63,780 nucleotides of DNA. Origin: Octopus bimaculoides (taxonomy: Eukaryota). Within the stretch, counting starts at the first letter, position 1. Each line of letters begins with the position of its first letter. The notes beneath the pieces are model-generated. The model made no database searches, was not told where the DNA came from, and worked only from the letters and a program-made list of their open reading frames with translations. The translations under genes were made by a program, and so were the position numbers. This document shows, in pieces, positions 10,861 to 23,385 of the stretch. The DNA lies in NCBI RefSeq assembly GCF_001194135.2, contig NC_068981.1, positions 93,476,676 to 93,540,455 on the forward strand, written 5' to 3'.

Positions 10861-12122
10861 CGGGGATTTGACAAAAAAATGGAAACACCTTAAAATTTCA
10901 AACAAATTTATTGTAATATGAGGTAGGACCGCCTTTGGCAATAATTACAGCTTGAATTCTATGAGGTATGGACTCGTACAAAGTTTGAATTGTTTCCAAA
11001 GGAATTTTTGTCCATTCTTCAGCTAAAACATTCTCTAGTTCGCGTAGTGATGACGGTAGAGGATATCGACTCCTTACTTGTTTTTCTAAAATGCACCATA
11101 AATATTTAATAATATTGAGATTTGAGGACTGTGGTGGCCAGATAGAATGTTCAACTTCACTAGAATGTTCCTCGTGCCATTCAGTAACAACTTTAACTGT
11201 GTGAATTGGTGCATTATCATCCAGAAAGATTGTGTATCCCTCCGGAAACAGTTCCGCAACCATAGGATGAATTTGATCAGATAAAATGCTTAGATAGGCT
11301 TGACTATTAATTTTGCCATGAAGGGAAACCATTAAACCGGCGGATTTCCAAGATATAGTCCCCCAGATCATCACAGATCCTCTTTTTTATTTAACAATTG
11401 GAAGAAGGCAGTCTGCGTCAAATGCTTCTTTTGCTGTCCCCACACGTATACTCGGTCGGTTGTCAGAAATAAGGTAAAGGATGACTCGTCCGAGAAAATA
11501 ACATTCTTCCTCTGCTCTAGGGACCAACTCTAAACGCTTTGCAACGTTTGTTTTTGAAAGTAGTGATTTTCTGATTGCAACACTCCTGTGAAATCCGGCT
11601 TTGTGCAGCTCGCGGCGAACAGTTTTTGTGGAAACTGGGTTCTCGAGGTGGTCATTAAGCTCTGCAGTAATTTTGGGAGCTGTACTTTTGTTATCCTTTC
11701 TAACAATTCGCTTAAGAATCCGACGGTCCCTATCTGAAAGTCTAGGTTTTCTTCCGGAGTTTTGTTTCGACGAGGAGGATTTTCCCTCTTTCTCGAAGGC
11801 TTTCATTACTTTGGATACAGTACTTCTCGATACAGCAAACATTTCGACTGTTTTCGTTTCGTAAGCGCCGTCCATACGAGCACCAACAATTTGAAATCTT
11901 TGAAAGTCCAATAGATCTGTCATTTTACTGAATTTTGATTACCTTTTTCTGAGGATACCTGAAAAAAAAAAACAATTCTGAAGATACCTGGAAAAAAAAA
12001 CAATTATAGCAAACCATAAAACCAAAAAACATAAAAATGAACAAGCTTTTGACGGTTTTATAGATATTTCAAAATTATGATGCTCTGATGCTTGGTGTTT
12101 CCATTATTTTGTCCAACCCCTG
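10861..12122 (-). mobile_element. Tc1-family DNA transposon, near full length
   Basis: ~30-bp TIRs (cggggatttgacaaaaaaatggaaacacc / ggtgtttccattattttgtccaacccctg), TA on both sides, transposase ORF remnant. Confidence 0.92.
10898..11923 (-). pseudogene. Tc1 DD34E transposase, disrupted
   Basis: HTH region (VSRSTVSKV, GRKPRLSDRDRR), FSDESSF in a shifted frame, GSVMIWG, DDNAPIH, WPPQSSNLNIIKYLW (catalytic E->K); compensating frameshifts plus TAA at 11387-11389. Confidence 0.9.
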
Positions 12123-12139
12123 TATAATAAAACGATTGA

Positions 12140-12350
12140 GTCAAAGCAGAGAGCTCGCAGAAACCTTTGCACACCGGGTGAAATGCTTAGCGGTACTCCG
12201 TTTGTCTTTACGTGCAAATTCCGCCGAGGTCGACTGTGCCTTTCATCCTTTCAGAGTCGATAAATTAAGTACCAGCTGCGCACTGGGCTCAATTTAATCG
12301 ACTGGCCTCTCCCCCAAAATTTCGGCCCTTGTGCCTAGAGTAGAAAAAAA
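12140..12350 (+). mobile_element. Nin-domain-type SINE
   Basis: gaaatgcttagcggta...ccgccgaggtcgactgtgcctttcatcc...gtcgataaattaagtaccag...gtgcctagagtagaaa. Confidence 0.8.
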
Positions 12351-12499
12351 ATAAAATGATTGGGTGTGATACAGAATTTCTTTAAACAAAGATTACATGA
12401 ATTAAAGCCTATTTTCTCTTACCTTAGCGTCTTGAAAATCAAATGAAATAAGGTTAAAAAACAAATATCAATAAAAACAAGTTTTAAATAATTCTTCAA

Positions 12500-12880
12500 G
12501 GATATCTAACATGATGTTAACTTTGAAATTTATTGGAAATTGATTTGATTTTTGCATGTGCCTCATCCAATGCAGTATCAGGAAGTATCAGGTTTTCTAA
12601 TCTGTTAGGTTAGCAGGATATGCTGCTCTCTTCTTTTCCTTCATACAATTCTCTGTAGAGTTTCCATAAGTGGGTATGACCCTTTGACATGCTTCCGCTA
12701 GATTATTGAAACTGTCACTGCGAACTTGACACGTTTCTTCTATTGTTTCAGGAGCGTGGGATTTTATTTTCGTAATAAATAACTCTTTCTCCACTTTAAC
12801 TGATTTATCTATTTGTGCGTTCGTTACATGAACACGCTTTTTGCATTGCACCCACCTCTCACATTTCGAGAATGGAGTAT
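12500..12880 (-). pseudogene. FLYWCH/MULE-type transposase N-terminal remnant
   Basis: CERWVQCKKRVHVTNAQI...ITKIKSHAPETIEETCQV...RAAYPANLT(fs)LENLILPD resembles the FLYWCH-to-MULE linker of Mutator-like transposases; recognised by eye. Confidence 0.5.
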
Positions 12881-12914
12881 TATCTATCTATCTACCTACA
12901 GACATACAGATACG

Positions 12915-12985
<71 letters not shown>

Positions 12986-12986
12986 G

Positions 12987-13019
<33 letters not shown>
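12915..13019. repeat. (TAGA)n microsatellite
   Basis: Direct reading. Confidence 0.95.
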
Positions 13020-13051
13020 CGGTGAGTTCATCAAGCCTACAAACACCAAAC

Positions 13052-13275
13052 TGTGGAGGCGTTTGGCTTAGTGGTTAGGGTGTTGGACTCATCATTGTAA
13101 GATTGTAGTTTCGATTCCTGGACTAAGTGACGCGTTGTTTTCCTGAGCAAAACACTTCATTTCACGTTACTCACATCCACTCAGCTGGCAAAGATGAGTA
13201 ATCCCGTGACAGATAAGGAATTTATACGTGATGGAAACCGGGAAACCGGCCCTTATGACTCGAGAAGGTAACTTT
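13052..13275 (+). mobile_element. Older tRNA-derived SINE with CORE/Meta-like central domain
   Basis: A/B-box head (tggcttagtggttagg...gtttcgattcc) then tgagcaaaacacttcatttcacgtt...ccactcagctggc. Confidence 0.6.
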
Positions 13276-13559
13276 ACTTACTGACACTGATTTCACCGCT
13301 ACCACGACCGATATTATCATCACAACGACTGTGAGATTTACCGTTGCCTACCAAGATATCAGCACCGACCACTACTACTACAACATCTACCACCTCCATC
13401 ACCAATATCAATGCAGATAGTTATCTTCATCACTACTACAGCTAACCTATTCCTAGCTATCCACAACTTCCCCCACTATGACCTCTACGACCAATGACAG
13501 CACTCTTTGGGGTAAACTGCTGCTGCTACTTTAGTACCACAACCTCTGCACTGGAGTAA

Positions 13560-13890
13560 GAGAGGTTCTCTACCATTTTTTTTATTTATGGACCCCTTTG
13601 AGTACTATTTTATTTTGGCGAACTCCCATAGCAATTCAATGTTTTAAAACTAGTTTTATAGGAACTTCTTTCAAAATTCTTATTTTGTTATTCACGCATT
13701 AACTTGTGTAGGTTGAACTGTGTAAAATGTTAGAGAAAGAAACCTAGCTGTTTCTTGCAATACATAACAATACATACAACTAAAACATTTTTGTTTCAGG
13801 AATCCTTAAAGAGTATTGTAGATCTCTAATTTACTCCTTTGTGGCGTGGACCCTACAAAATCTTATATGGACCCCAGTTGAGAACCACTG
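13560..13890. mobile_element. hAT (Charlie/MER5-like) non-autonomous element
   Basis: Ends agaggttctctac / gttgagaaccactg with subterminal ggacccc motifs; no 8-bp TSD visible. Confidence 0.55.
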
Positions 13891-14090
13891 TACTACACGG
13901 ACAAACTGAGGTTACTCCCGTAAACCAATCAACAATACACAAACATATATAACTTTAAATTGTATTTCTTAAGATAAGCATTTGTGCCAAAAGTACATAA
14001 AAGGCTACTTAACTTTCCTGTTCGCATTGTAAGAAAAGGAAAAATTAAATAACCATCATGCATCAGTTGTCAAGCGGTAGACGGCAAACA

Positions 14091-14477
14091 TGTTGTTGTT
14101 GGCACTCCGTCGCTTACGACGACGAGAGCTCCAGTTGATCCGATCAACGGAACAGCCTGCTCGTGAAATTAACGTGCAAGTGGTTGAGCACTCCACAGAC
14201 ACGTGTACCCTTAACGTAGTTCTCGGGGATATTCAGCGTGACACAGTGTGACAAGGCTGGCCCTTTGAATTACAGGTACAACAAAAACAGGAAGCAAGAG
14301 TGAGAGAAAGTTGTAGTGAAGGAGTACAGCAGGGTTTGCCACCATCCCCGCCCGAGCCTCGTGGAGCTTTAGGTGTTTTCGCTCAATAAACACTCACAAC
14401 GCCCGGTCTGGGAATCGAAACCGCGATCCTATGACCGCGAGTCCGCTGCCCTAACCACTGGGCCATTGCGCCTCCAC
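14091..14477 (-). mobile_element. Young tRNA-derived SINE (OR-like) with (CAA)n tail and 14-bp TSD
   Basis: Near-identical to the 37192 and 57887 copies; TSD tagacggcaaacat at 14078-14091 and 14478-14491. Confidence 0.9.
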
Positions 14478-15105
14478 TAGACGGCAAACATAAACACAGA
14501 GTTAAGCACGGAGATACACATATACACGCGAGCACACATACATACATGACGGCTCCTACATATTTTACCTCTACTAAATTCACTCAGAAGGCACTGGTTG
14601 GTACAGAGCTATAGTAGGAGTCACTTGCACAAGGGGCCGCGCAGAGAGATTAAACTGCAAACGACGTAGTTACGAAACCACACCCATTTGAAATAGTACC
14701 TGAATCACCCTCAAACCGTACTTATTCTTTGGGGAAAAGACACATCGCAAAAAAAAAAAATTACACATACCTAGAAAACACAATGATATAGGCATGATTG
14801 GATCGTAGACCAGCTCAATTATGGTTGAATCAAGTTAAACAACACCGTTCTATTAAGTGAGAAGCAGCAAAATAATTGCTTTATAATTGAAAAGTGTTGT
14901 GCTAATTTACGTAAATCTACTATCTCGCCGGTTAGTGCAACGATCGTAAATTAACAACAAGTCGTTTGTCGTTAACGACCAATTATTTAAATGAAATATT
15001 ACAGTAAATTAACACGAAACGACCAGTTTTCTCATGGTAACTATCTTTGCTGCAAAGTACTTTCAAATACATGAAGAATCAACATCGTGTATTGCACCCC
15101 CAAGT

Positions 15106-15155
<50 letters not shown>

Positions 15156-15211
15156 CATACATACATACATACATACATATATGTATGTACTATATATATA
15201 TGCATACATAC

Positions 15212-15251
<40 letters not shown>

Positions 15252-15889
15252 GTGTATATGTGTGTATAAATATATGTATAATATATGTATATATATACTT
15301 ATCTAAGAATTTATATATGTACGTCTGCATTTATGTAATCAAGATATAAATAAGAATGGAAAACTATATATCCCCGAAGACTTGTTTATTGCACTATTAT
15401 ATACAATACAGTTTAGATAATTCTCATTCCGAATGTGTTTCTGCTGCATGGATGCCCTAAGATGTAGCCTTTAATTGCATCCTGTTGGTTCAATCACTTT
15501 AGAAGTAATCCAAGGTATACGTATCCACGCAAATTTGTTCAAAGTAGTACCTTTGAAGAAAACTAAGGAGTTCAGTATTTGATATTCGTATCTTTTAAAC
15601 TTAGGATGACCCTTAAGGATAAAATATATTTAGTAGTCGGAGAAACCCTAACTAGGCCAAGATTTGTTTCCTCCACAGACCACGTAAGATAAAGATGGAA
15701 AGAACTTTAAAGATATATAGTTACATTAAGAGGAATCAAGTGAATTAGGAACTGAATTCGAGCAACACAAAAGAGTAAAGCTTATTGTTAGATTGCAAAA
15801 TGCTAACTATAGTGAGCCTACAATTTTTGATTATTTTGTTCCGTGTGCTCCTTTGTAAGGAATATCTTATGAAAAATTCTTATTTGGGG

Positions 15890-16930
15890 AAACATCTAAA
15901 CACTTTCCTGAAAGAATGCAGTCATCTCGGGGCTAATTCGTGTCTATGGTTCAATGAGTTTATATAAAGATCAAGATATGGAAGGTTATTTCCAAGCGTA
16001 AATTACATCTCGAGTTTTCAAAGGTATACGTTGTCTGACCAATAAGTATCCGGGCTGTAGCCATAGTAACGAAGCTAAAGCATGCAGAGTAAAGTCGCTT
16101 GGCACAGATTGACCTTAAACTCTGTTGTGCATGCGCATTAAGTTCCAATATTCTAGCTTACTTCTACTGTTTACAGCAGTGCTTGGAAGGAACGTATGTA
16201 GGGTGTGATCGTCGCATTGACCATGGCAGAGAAAATTGAGCAGAGGATTTACATAGAATTTTGCCTGTTCAGAGGCCTACGCAAAGTTTAGAAAATGTTT
16301 CATCGTTCTCGACACAATCAAGGAGATCTTGTGCAACTGGTCAGCTGAAGGCAGTTTTTGCCCAAACTTGGCAGACTCGTCTCATATCCAAATCTTCAGT
16401 GATAATGGACTGAACTGAACTGAAACTTATCTGCACATTCTCTGATAACTCACAGCTGCACGCACATCTGCAGTGTGTTTCTCAGTTCTGCTGCTTGAAA
16501 GTCACTCGGAACGTTCGTTAATATTGACATTTTCAGCCATCTTGGAAACGTCTGAACCACTCGGAAACTTGTGTGCGGCTCATACACTCCTCTCCATACA
16601 ATTTCTGCAACCTTGTGTAGGCCTCTGAGCAGGTATCTCCATGAGAGCTTTCTCTCTTATGGTCAATGTGAGGATCACACGCTACACACCTTCTTTCCAA
16701 GCACTGCTGTAAAGTGCTGAAGTGAGCTAGAACGTTAAAACGTAGAGTGCATGTACAGCAGTTTCACTCTGCATGCTTTAGCTTCATTACTAAGGCAACA
16801 GTCCGAATGCTTATTGATCAGACCTCGTATGGTGAAGTTCTAATAATTATTTCCCTGTTAGTACCAAATTTGATGTTTTTATCCTTTAATAATTAAATGA
16901 ATCCGCTCAGACTTCTCTTCTTTTTATCGC
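15890..16930 (-). pseudogene. Penelope GIY-YIG C-terminal remnant split by a mariner insertion
   Basis: ENSRCNLRLEITFHILI; left and right flanks rejoin to match the uninterrupted copy at 19900-20050. Confidence 0.7.
16028..16827. mobile_element. Foldback mariner derivative built from two inverted 5' ends
   Basis: ~250-bp inverted arms including TIR and start region (MAEKIEQR); minus strand encodes EAYTRLQKLYGEECMSRTQVSEWFRRF...ITEDLDMRRV; TA duplication. Confidence 0.8.
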
Positions 16931-17171
16931 TTTCCTTGAACGAATGAACGTGTTTGATCAATATCGCATTTCACAAAAAAATCTGCTGTTATCTGCACTA
17001 AGCACCCATGTCTCGCCCACATAAATTACAGGACTATCAAATATTGAACTCCTCAGGTCTCTCCAAAAACCCGCTAATGCAACTTAGTCAACAGGATTCA
17101 ATTAAAAGCAACATCTTAGAACATCCATGCAACAGAAACACATGTCGGATTCAGATTTAATATGAATGTAC

Positions 17172-17204
<33 letters not shown>

Positions 17205-17525
17205 NNNNNNNNNNNNNNNNNNNNNNNNNNNNNNNNNNNNNNNNNNNNNNNNNNNNNNNNNNNNNNNNNNNNNNNNNNNNNNNNNNNNNNNNNNNNNNNN
17301 NNNNNNNNNNNNNNNNNNNNNNNNNNAATATTATCTCAGTTTAAAAAAAACCTTTGACAATGTAAATATGTTAATAGTTACCATGGGTAGCAAAAATTAC
17401 ACAAAAAAAACAGGTTATCACACCCGTTTTATAGGTAGAGATACTAAGTTGAAGTGATGCATTTTGAGTAGATATGAATAATAACAATAAATGGAGCAAA
17501 ACGCATATAAATAAAAGTTCCTTTA

Positions 17526-17614
17526 ATTCCTACACATGTTTCAAAATATATGTGTGCTCCCCTCCAAAGAAGTAAGAGCTGCTGGAATTCCACATATATT
17601 CATCTTCAAGGAAT
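17526..17614 (-). ncRNA. Degenerate type I hammerhead with long stem II
   Basis: Minus strand attcc TTGAAGA T GAATATATGTG...CACATATATTT T GAAA CATG TG TAGGAAT; core C3 and position 17 mutated. Confidence 0.55.
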
Positions 17615-17959
17615 CAACATATAAAAGCAAGACAAATGCGAAATGATGAGGTAACTTACGCGCTATAATATTAAATGGCCAAGTAAATGACCGTTAGAAG
17701 TAAGAACGCTTGTTTCCATAGAGTTATAAAGGGAGGGGGCTGAAAACGTAATGCTAAAGGTTTAAATTAAATTATTAAAATGGGGGGAGGAAGGCAAAAT
17801 AGATCACAGTAAAGTAAACTAAAAATCGTAAGCTAATTGCTAAGTCAACAGTGGAGGAAGGGAGAGAACCAAGGGAATTCATCAAATATAAAACATTTTC
17901 TCCTGAAGGAAAAACCTAATGACATGCTTAATATGAAGTGAAGAAAGTAAATATAAAAA

Positions 17960-18510
17960 TAAATAAAGCATCATAGCCTAGTAATATATTATATTATTAT
18001 ACGGATATTAACGCTAGTTGATGGTAAAACAAGGTACAGGATATTTAGTGGAGAAATAATAATGATAATAATGTGCACGCTTACAAGGAGAAGATCGGAA
18101 ATACTTAGTTGAAGTTACCGAGGGTACAAACAACAACCAGAGTGGCATTACTAGGAAGAATTTACTTAGCTAACTGTAGAAGGGGAAAATAAAGAACTGG
18201 TGGTGATTGAGGCAGAAATATATATATATATATATTGTTTAATAACATACTGATTTGAAGCGAAGAATGTAAAAATGATAAATGAAACATCATTACCGTG
18301 TGATATATTAATATACTGATGTTAACGCAAATCAGTGAAAGAGCAAGGTACAAGATATTTTGTTGAGAAATAATAATAACAACAATAAACATGCTTATAA
18401 GGAGAAGATCGGATATATAAGGCAAAGTAATTAGTGGTACAAAGCAACTCAAGTAGTATTACTGGGAAGGAAATTACTTAATCAACTATAGAAGGGGAAA
18501 ATAAAAGACA
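17960..18510. repeat. Diverged ~314-bp tandem duplication (probably Penelope pLTR-derived)
   Basis: Shared blocks aaggtacargatattt, aaggagaagatcgga, tagaaggggaaaataaa recur 314 bp apart. Confidence 0.65.
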
Positions 18511-19838
18511 AGTGTCGGTGGATGTAGAAGTAGATATTATTCAGAGGACATTTAGTGAAAAAAAATAAATAAATAAAAATTAAAAAATTAAAAAATTATT
18601 TTAAAATATTTTTAAATATTTAAAAAATATATAAAGAAATATATATAAAAAAAATAATAATAATGCTTAAAACCAAACCTAGTTGGAATGATGGACTCCA
18701 TCATTCCAACTAGGTTANNNNNNNNNNNNNNNNNNNNNNNNNNNNNNNNNNNNNNNNNNNNNNNNNNNNNNNNNNNNNNNNNNNNNNNNNNNNNNNNNNN
18801 NNNNNNNNNNNNNNNNNNNNNNNNNNNNNNNNNNNNNNNNNNNNNNNNNNNNNNNNNNNNNNNNNNNNNNNNNNNNNNNNNNNNNNNNNNNNNNNNNNNN
18901 NNNNNNNNNNNNNNNNNNNNNNNNNNNNNNNNNNNNNNNNNNNNNNNNNNNNNNNNNNNNNNNNNNNNNNNNNNNNNNNNNNNNNNNNNNNNNNNNNNNN
19001 NNNNNNNNNNNNNNNNNNNNNNNNNNNNNNNNNNNNNNNNNNNNNNNNNNNNNNNNNNNNNNNNNNNNNNNNNNNNNNNNNNNNNNNNNNNNNNNNNNNN
19101 NNNNNNNNNNNNNNNNNNNNNNNNNNNNNNNNNNNNNNNNNNNNNNNNNNNNNNNNNNNNNNNNNNNNNNNNNNNNNNNNNNNNNNNNNNNNNNNNNNNN
19201 NNNNNNNNNNNNNNNNNNNNNNNNNNNNNNGTATATATGTGTGTGTATATATATTAATATATATATATATACGATTCTGTCTTTCAATATTTGCAATTTA
19301 GGTGAACAGAGTATCTCTTCTTTCCTTAAGAACGGAACCCAACTTTAGTTTTCGGGAGGAGATAATATCTGTCTGCGGAGTGTTAAAGCGTAAGGAAGAG
19401 AAAACAGAATAGAAAGTGAGAGGGGATGCTTAACGACTGAAATCGAATGGAAAAGGCTATTTATTGTCATTTAAGTCTGAAAGATTAAATTTCAATTGCC
19501 TTCCACTTCATAAATCTGAAATTATTTATTCACAATGTTCTCTTAATATAAACCAACTATCATGGTTACTCAAATTGATTATTAATCAGTCAGCAACTCA
19601 ATACACTAGTATGTACCAACCAAAGCGTGTCATTTGGATATAGTAACTTGAAGAAGAATATAGAAATATGCGTACAGAATGGCAATTAGTATCTGATTAG
19701 AGCTTCGTTATTTCATTGAGATCATGACATACAGAAAATTTAACCGTCACGCTTGTTGAAGAGTGATAAATACTCAGCTAGTCGCCAAACCAGCTTCTAG
19801 TTCCACCTGTTAGCTGACCACTTTTTTTAATATGCCTA

Positions 19839-20060
19839 TTAGATTTTCTTTAGCGTCTGGGGGAGATAAGTTATCGGATGAACTAGTACGTCTCTAGAAG
19901 TAAAGATATGAAAGATTTCTTCCAATCGTAAATTACATTTCGAGTTTCCAATGGAATATGTTGAAAATCCACTAATTATTTCCCATTTACTATAGAATTT
20001 GGTGTTTTTATCCTTTAATGACCAGAATCTACTTAGGCTCGTACTATTCAGTTTATCTCT
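19839..20060 (-). pseudogene. Penelope GIY-YIG C-terminal remnant
   Basis: LNSTSLSRFWSLKDKNTKFYSKWEII...SKCNLRLEEIFHIF matches the typical TELSKHIWKLKD...KRCNLCLTEK terminus. Confidence 0.75.
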
Positions 20061-20200
20061 AACCTTGACCGAAGAAAGGAGGTTATACAATATCGTGAAA
20101 AAACATACTCTATCCACCTAGATTGTAAATATTGAGTGACACAATTACTCACACGCACACATACATACACATACATGTGCGCGAGTCGATATACACACAC

Positions 20201-20240
<40 letters not shown>

Positions 20241-20279
20241 NNNNNNNNNNNNNNNNNNNNNNNNNNNNNNNNNNNNNNN

Positions 20280-20331
<52 letters not shown>

Positions 20332-20362
20332 CGTAAAGTAATAAGGATTTTGAATCCGGGAA

Positions 20363-21000
20363 GTAACCCTACATTTACGCTGATATAATCCAGGTACATT
20401 TACGCTGATATAATCCAGGTACATTTACGCGGATATAATCCAGTGTACAGATGTCTATTCCGAATGGAACAGAAATCTGCATCACCAGAGAGCCACCTGA
20501 TTGACAAACGTACGATATTTTTCAAGATTTCTTGGTAGATCGCTCCACAGATTGTTCTCTTGGCGAAACAAAGAGGTTCATTCACTGCGATAATTTGACA
20601 CGGAATTTCAAAGAGCTGGGGGCTCGTGTCTTTCCAGTCCTCCTTAAATTCTGCAGCTTTGTTTTAGAAGGTGATACAAAACTTGCTCTCAACAGAAAGC
20701 AATTTCTATCTGTGTTCAGTACTCTTGGTTTCTTCTTCTTCTCGATCGCAGCCATCTGCAGTAATACTGTAGATCGTTTACAAGTAATTTGGTGTATTAA
20801 TTCCAGCTTTTCTCCACATTTTGTGAATCTCTCCCTCAATATCAAATTGGCTCATTTTAACTAATCTCTCTTGCTGATGAGCTTATTTTTGCTGCGCATT
20901 ATTCGTGCTAACAACATTGAAGATTGATGGCTCAACACAGAAACTTGGCAACAGCTAACTTTCTCAAAGATAAACTTCTTTGCCTTTCTCTTCTTGTGGA
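20363..21000 (-). pseudogene. piggyBac transposase remnant with possible TTAA|CCCT terminus
   Basis: IPCQIIAVNEPLCFAKR / LPRNLEKY / IRWLSGDA...HLYTG aligns by eye with the piggyBac VDE..PSKPAKYG..CDA..YTG region; VVSTNNAQQK upstream; gtaaccct at 20363; 25-bp x3 tandem at 20371-20443. Confidence 0.6.
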
Positions 21001-21671
21001 GTGCATCAACAATGATATTAGACCAGTTACCCTGCCAATGATCGTTGCTAAAGGATTTGCAGATTATAAGCATTAAATAAACTCACTATTGATGCATTGC
21101 ACCTATTTATTCAGGCACCGAAAATGTGTAGAATTCAGAAATTTGCCCGTAATTTTACATTTGATATTCTGTAGTAATCATTAGTATTTTTCGCAGATTG
21201 AAGTGAATAAGAATAATATGCCTTCTGACTATCCAATTTTGTCTTAATGAAATATTTTGAAACATACGTGATATTATATATCACGTGTGTCTGGGGGGGN
21301 NNNNNNNNNNNNNNNNNNNNNNNNNNNNNNNNNNNNNNNNNNNNNNNNNNNNNNNNNNNNNNNNNNNNNNNNNNNNNNNNNNNNNNNNNNNNNNNNNNNN
21401 NNNNNNNNNNNNNNNNNNNNNNNNNNNNNNNNNNNNNNNNNNNNNNNNNNNNNNNNNNNNNNNNNNNNNNNNNNNNNNNNNNNNNNNNNNNNNNNNNNNN
21501 NNNNNNNNNNNNNNNNNNNNNNNNNNNNNNNNNNNNNNNNNNNNNNNNNNNNNNNNNNNNNNNNNNNNNNNNNNNNNNNNNNNNNNNNNNNNNNNNNNNN
21601 NNNNNNNNNNNNNNNNNNNNNNNNNNNNNNNNNNNNNNNNNNNNNNNNNNNNNNNNNNNNNNNNNNNNNNN

Positions 21672-21741
<70 letters not shown>

Positions 21742-22241
21742 TAAATAGGGTATTATACTAAAAAAGAAACAGATGATCTATTAGTAAAACTTACATCTAT
21801 ATAAAAGCACATGCAGTGTAGATTATATCATATAATGTAGACTTCATTAACTGTTACTATAGCACATGTTTAGGAATTTATTGACTACATTTCTCAATTA
21901 TTATAAAACTAATTCATATTTATCAATCCATACATCCGCCTTCACTTTACTCATATCATTGTATCAAGCAGAATGTTGTTATACACCAAAGCGCTTCCTC
22001 GAATTACTGTGACTTTCAAATGATGACATCACTACTGGATAGGTTGTCAGAGATCATACCATTCCCCCTAAACCGGATGCCAGTCCATAGCAGGTATTAG
22101 ATTTACAGCTAAGGGAACTGGAGAGTAAAGTGAAATGAAACGTTTGGCTGAAGAACACAACGAACATCCGGGTTCGGTAATCGAAACCATTATCTTGCAT
22201 GCAACACCGTAACTACCAGGTCACCCGTCTTCACATATTTT

Positions 22242-22280
<39 letters not shown>

Positions 22281-22653
22281 GTGCACACACACACACACGT
22301 ACACAAACACACGCGCGCAAACAAACACACAAATACACAAGCACCCTCACACACACATACACACACGTGCGCACACGCGCACATGCACACACATATATAT
22401 GTATACCATGTGTATATGTTATTTATATTATTATATGATCGAACGCCACGCATCCTTTCCCCAAGTAAGTTTTATCTTAATGTATACCAACACGCACGCA
22501 CATGCACACAGACACACACACATACACATACACACATATATAAATATATGCGTACACACATACACATACGCACACATACATATACGCACACATACACACA
22601 CGCACACGCACATATATGTATGCATATATGTATATACGTGTATATACGTATAC

Positions 22654-22965
22654 AATTTTAAACATAGGGTAAAAATTTAATATTAACTTTTTACCAGTGG
22701 CCACCGTGTGTACATGGAATGACTAATTATTTTTGAATACTCTCAAATTGCTCTGGTCGCCTACATTCAACGCGCCAAAATACGAATAGGTTTTTCGTGA
22801 TTTGGGATTTGACTCCCATTTCTAGCGTGATGGAAAACCATTTAATGACTTTTCCTCATTGTATAGCTCTTATACAATCATATAATATAACATTTGCAGT
22901 CTATGGACATTCTTACTTACTCTGGCCACTGGTAAAAAAAATTAATGTTTAATTTTTACCCTATA
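22654..22965. mobile_element. MITE with ~40-bp TIRs (TA|GGGTAAAAA...TTTTTACCC|TA)
   Basis: atagggtaaaaatttaatattaactttttaccagtggcca vs tggccactggtaaaaaaaattaatgtttaatttttaccctat. Confidence 0.75.
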
Positions 22966-23385
22966 CTCTTTACTCTTTTACTTGTTTCAGTCATTTGACT
23001 GCGGCCATGCTGGAGCACCGTCTTTAGTCGAAGAAATCGACCCCAGGACTTATTCTTTGTAAGCATAGTATTTACTCTATCGGTCTCTTTTTGCCGAACC
23101 GCTAGATTCCGGGGACGTAAACACCAGCATCGGTTGTCAATCGATGGTGGTGGGGACAAACACAGACACACAAACACACAGACACACAAACACACAGACA
23201 CACAAACACACATACATATACATATATACGACGGGTTTCTTTCAGTTTCCGTCTACCAAATCCACTCACACGGCTTTGGTCGGTCCGAGGCTATAGTAGA
23301 AGACACTTGCCCAAGGTACCACGCAGTGGGACTGAACCCGGAACCATGTGGTTGGTAAGCAAGCTACTTATCACACAGCCACTAC
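22963..23385 (-). mobile_element. tRNA-derived CORE-type SINE with internal microsatellite (OK-like)
   Basis: Head gtggctgtgtgataagtagc...gggttcagtccc, CORE-like ccttgggcaagtgtcttc, tail ggtgctccagcatggccgcagtcaaatgactgaaacaagtaaaaga. Confidence 0.85.

Noticed and set aside
20532-20864. 110-aa plus-strand ORF
   Set aside because: Shadow of the antisense piggyBac relic
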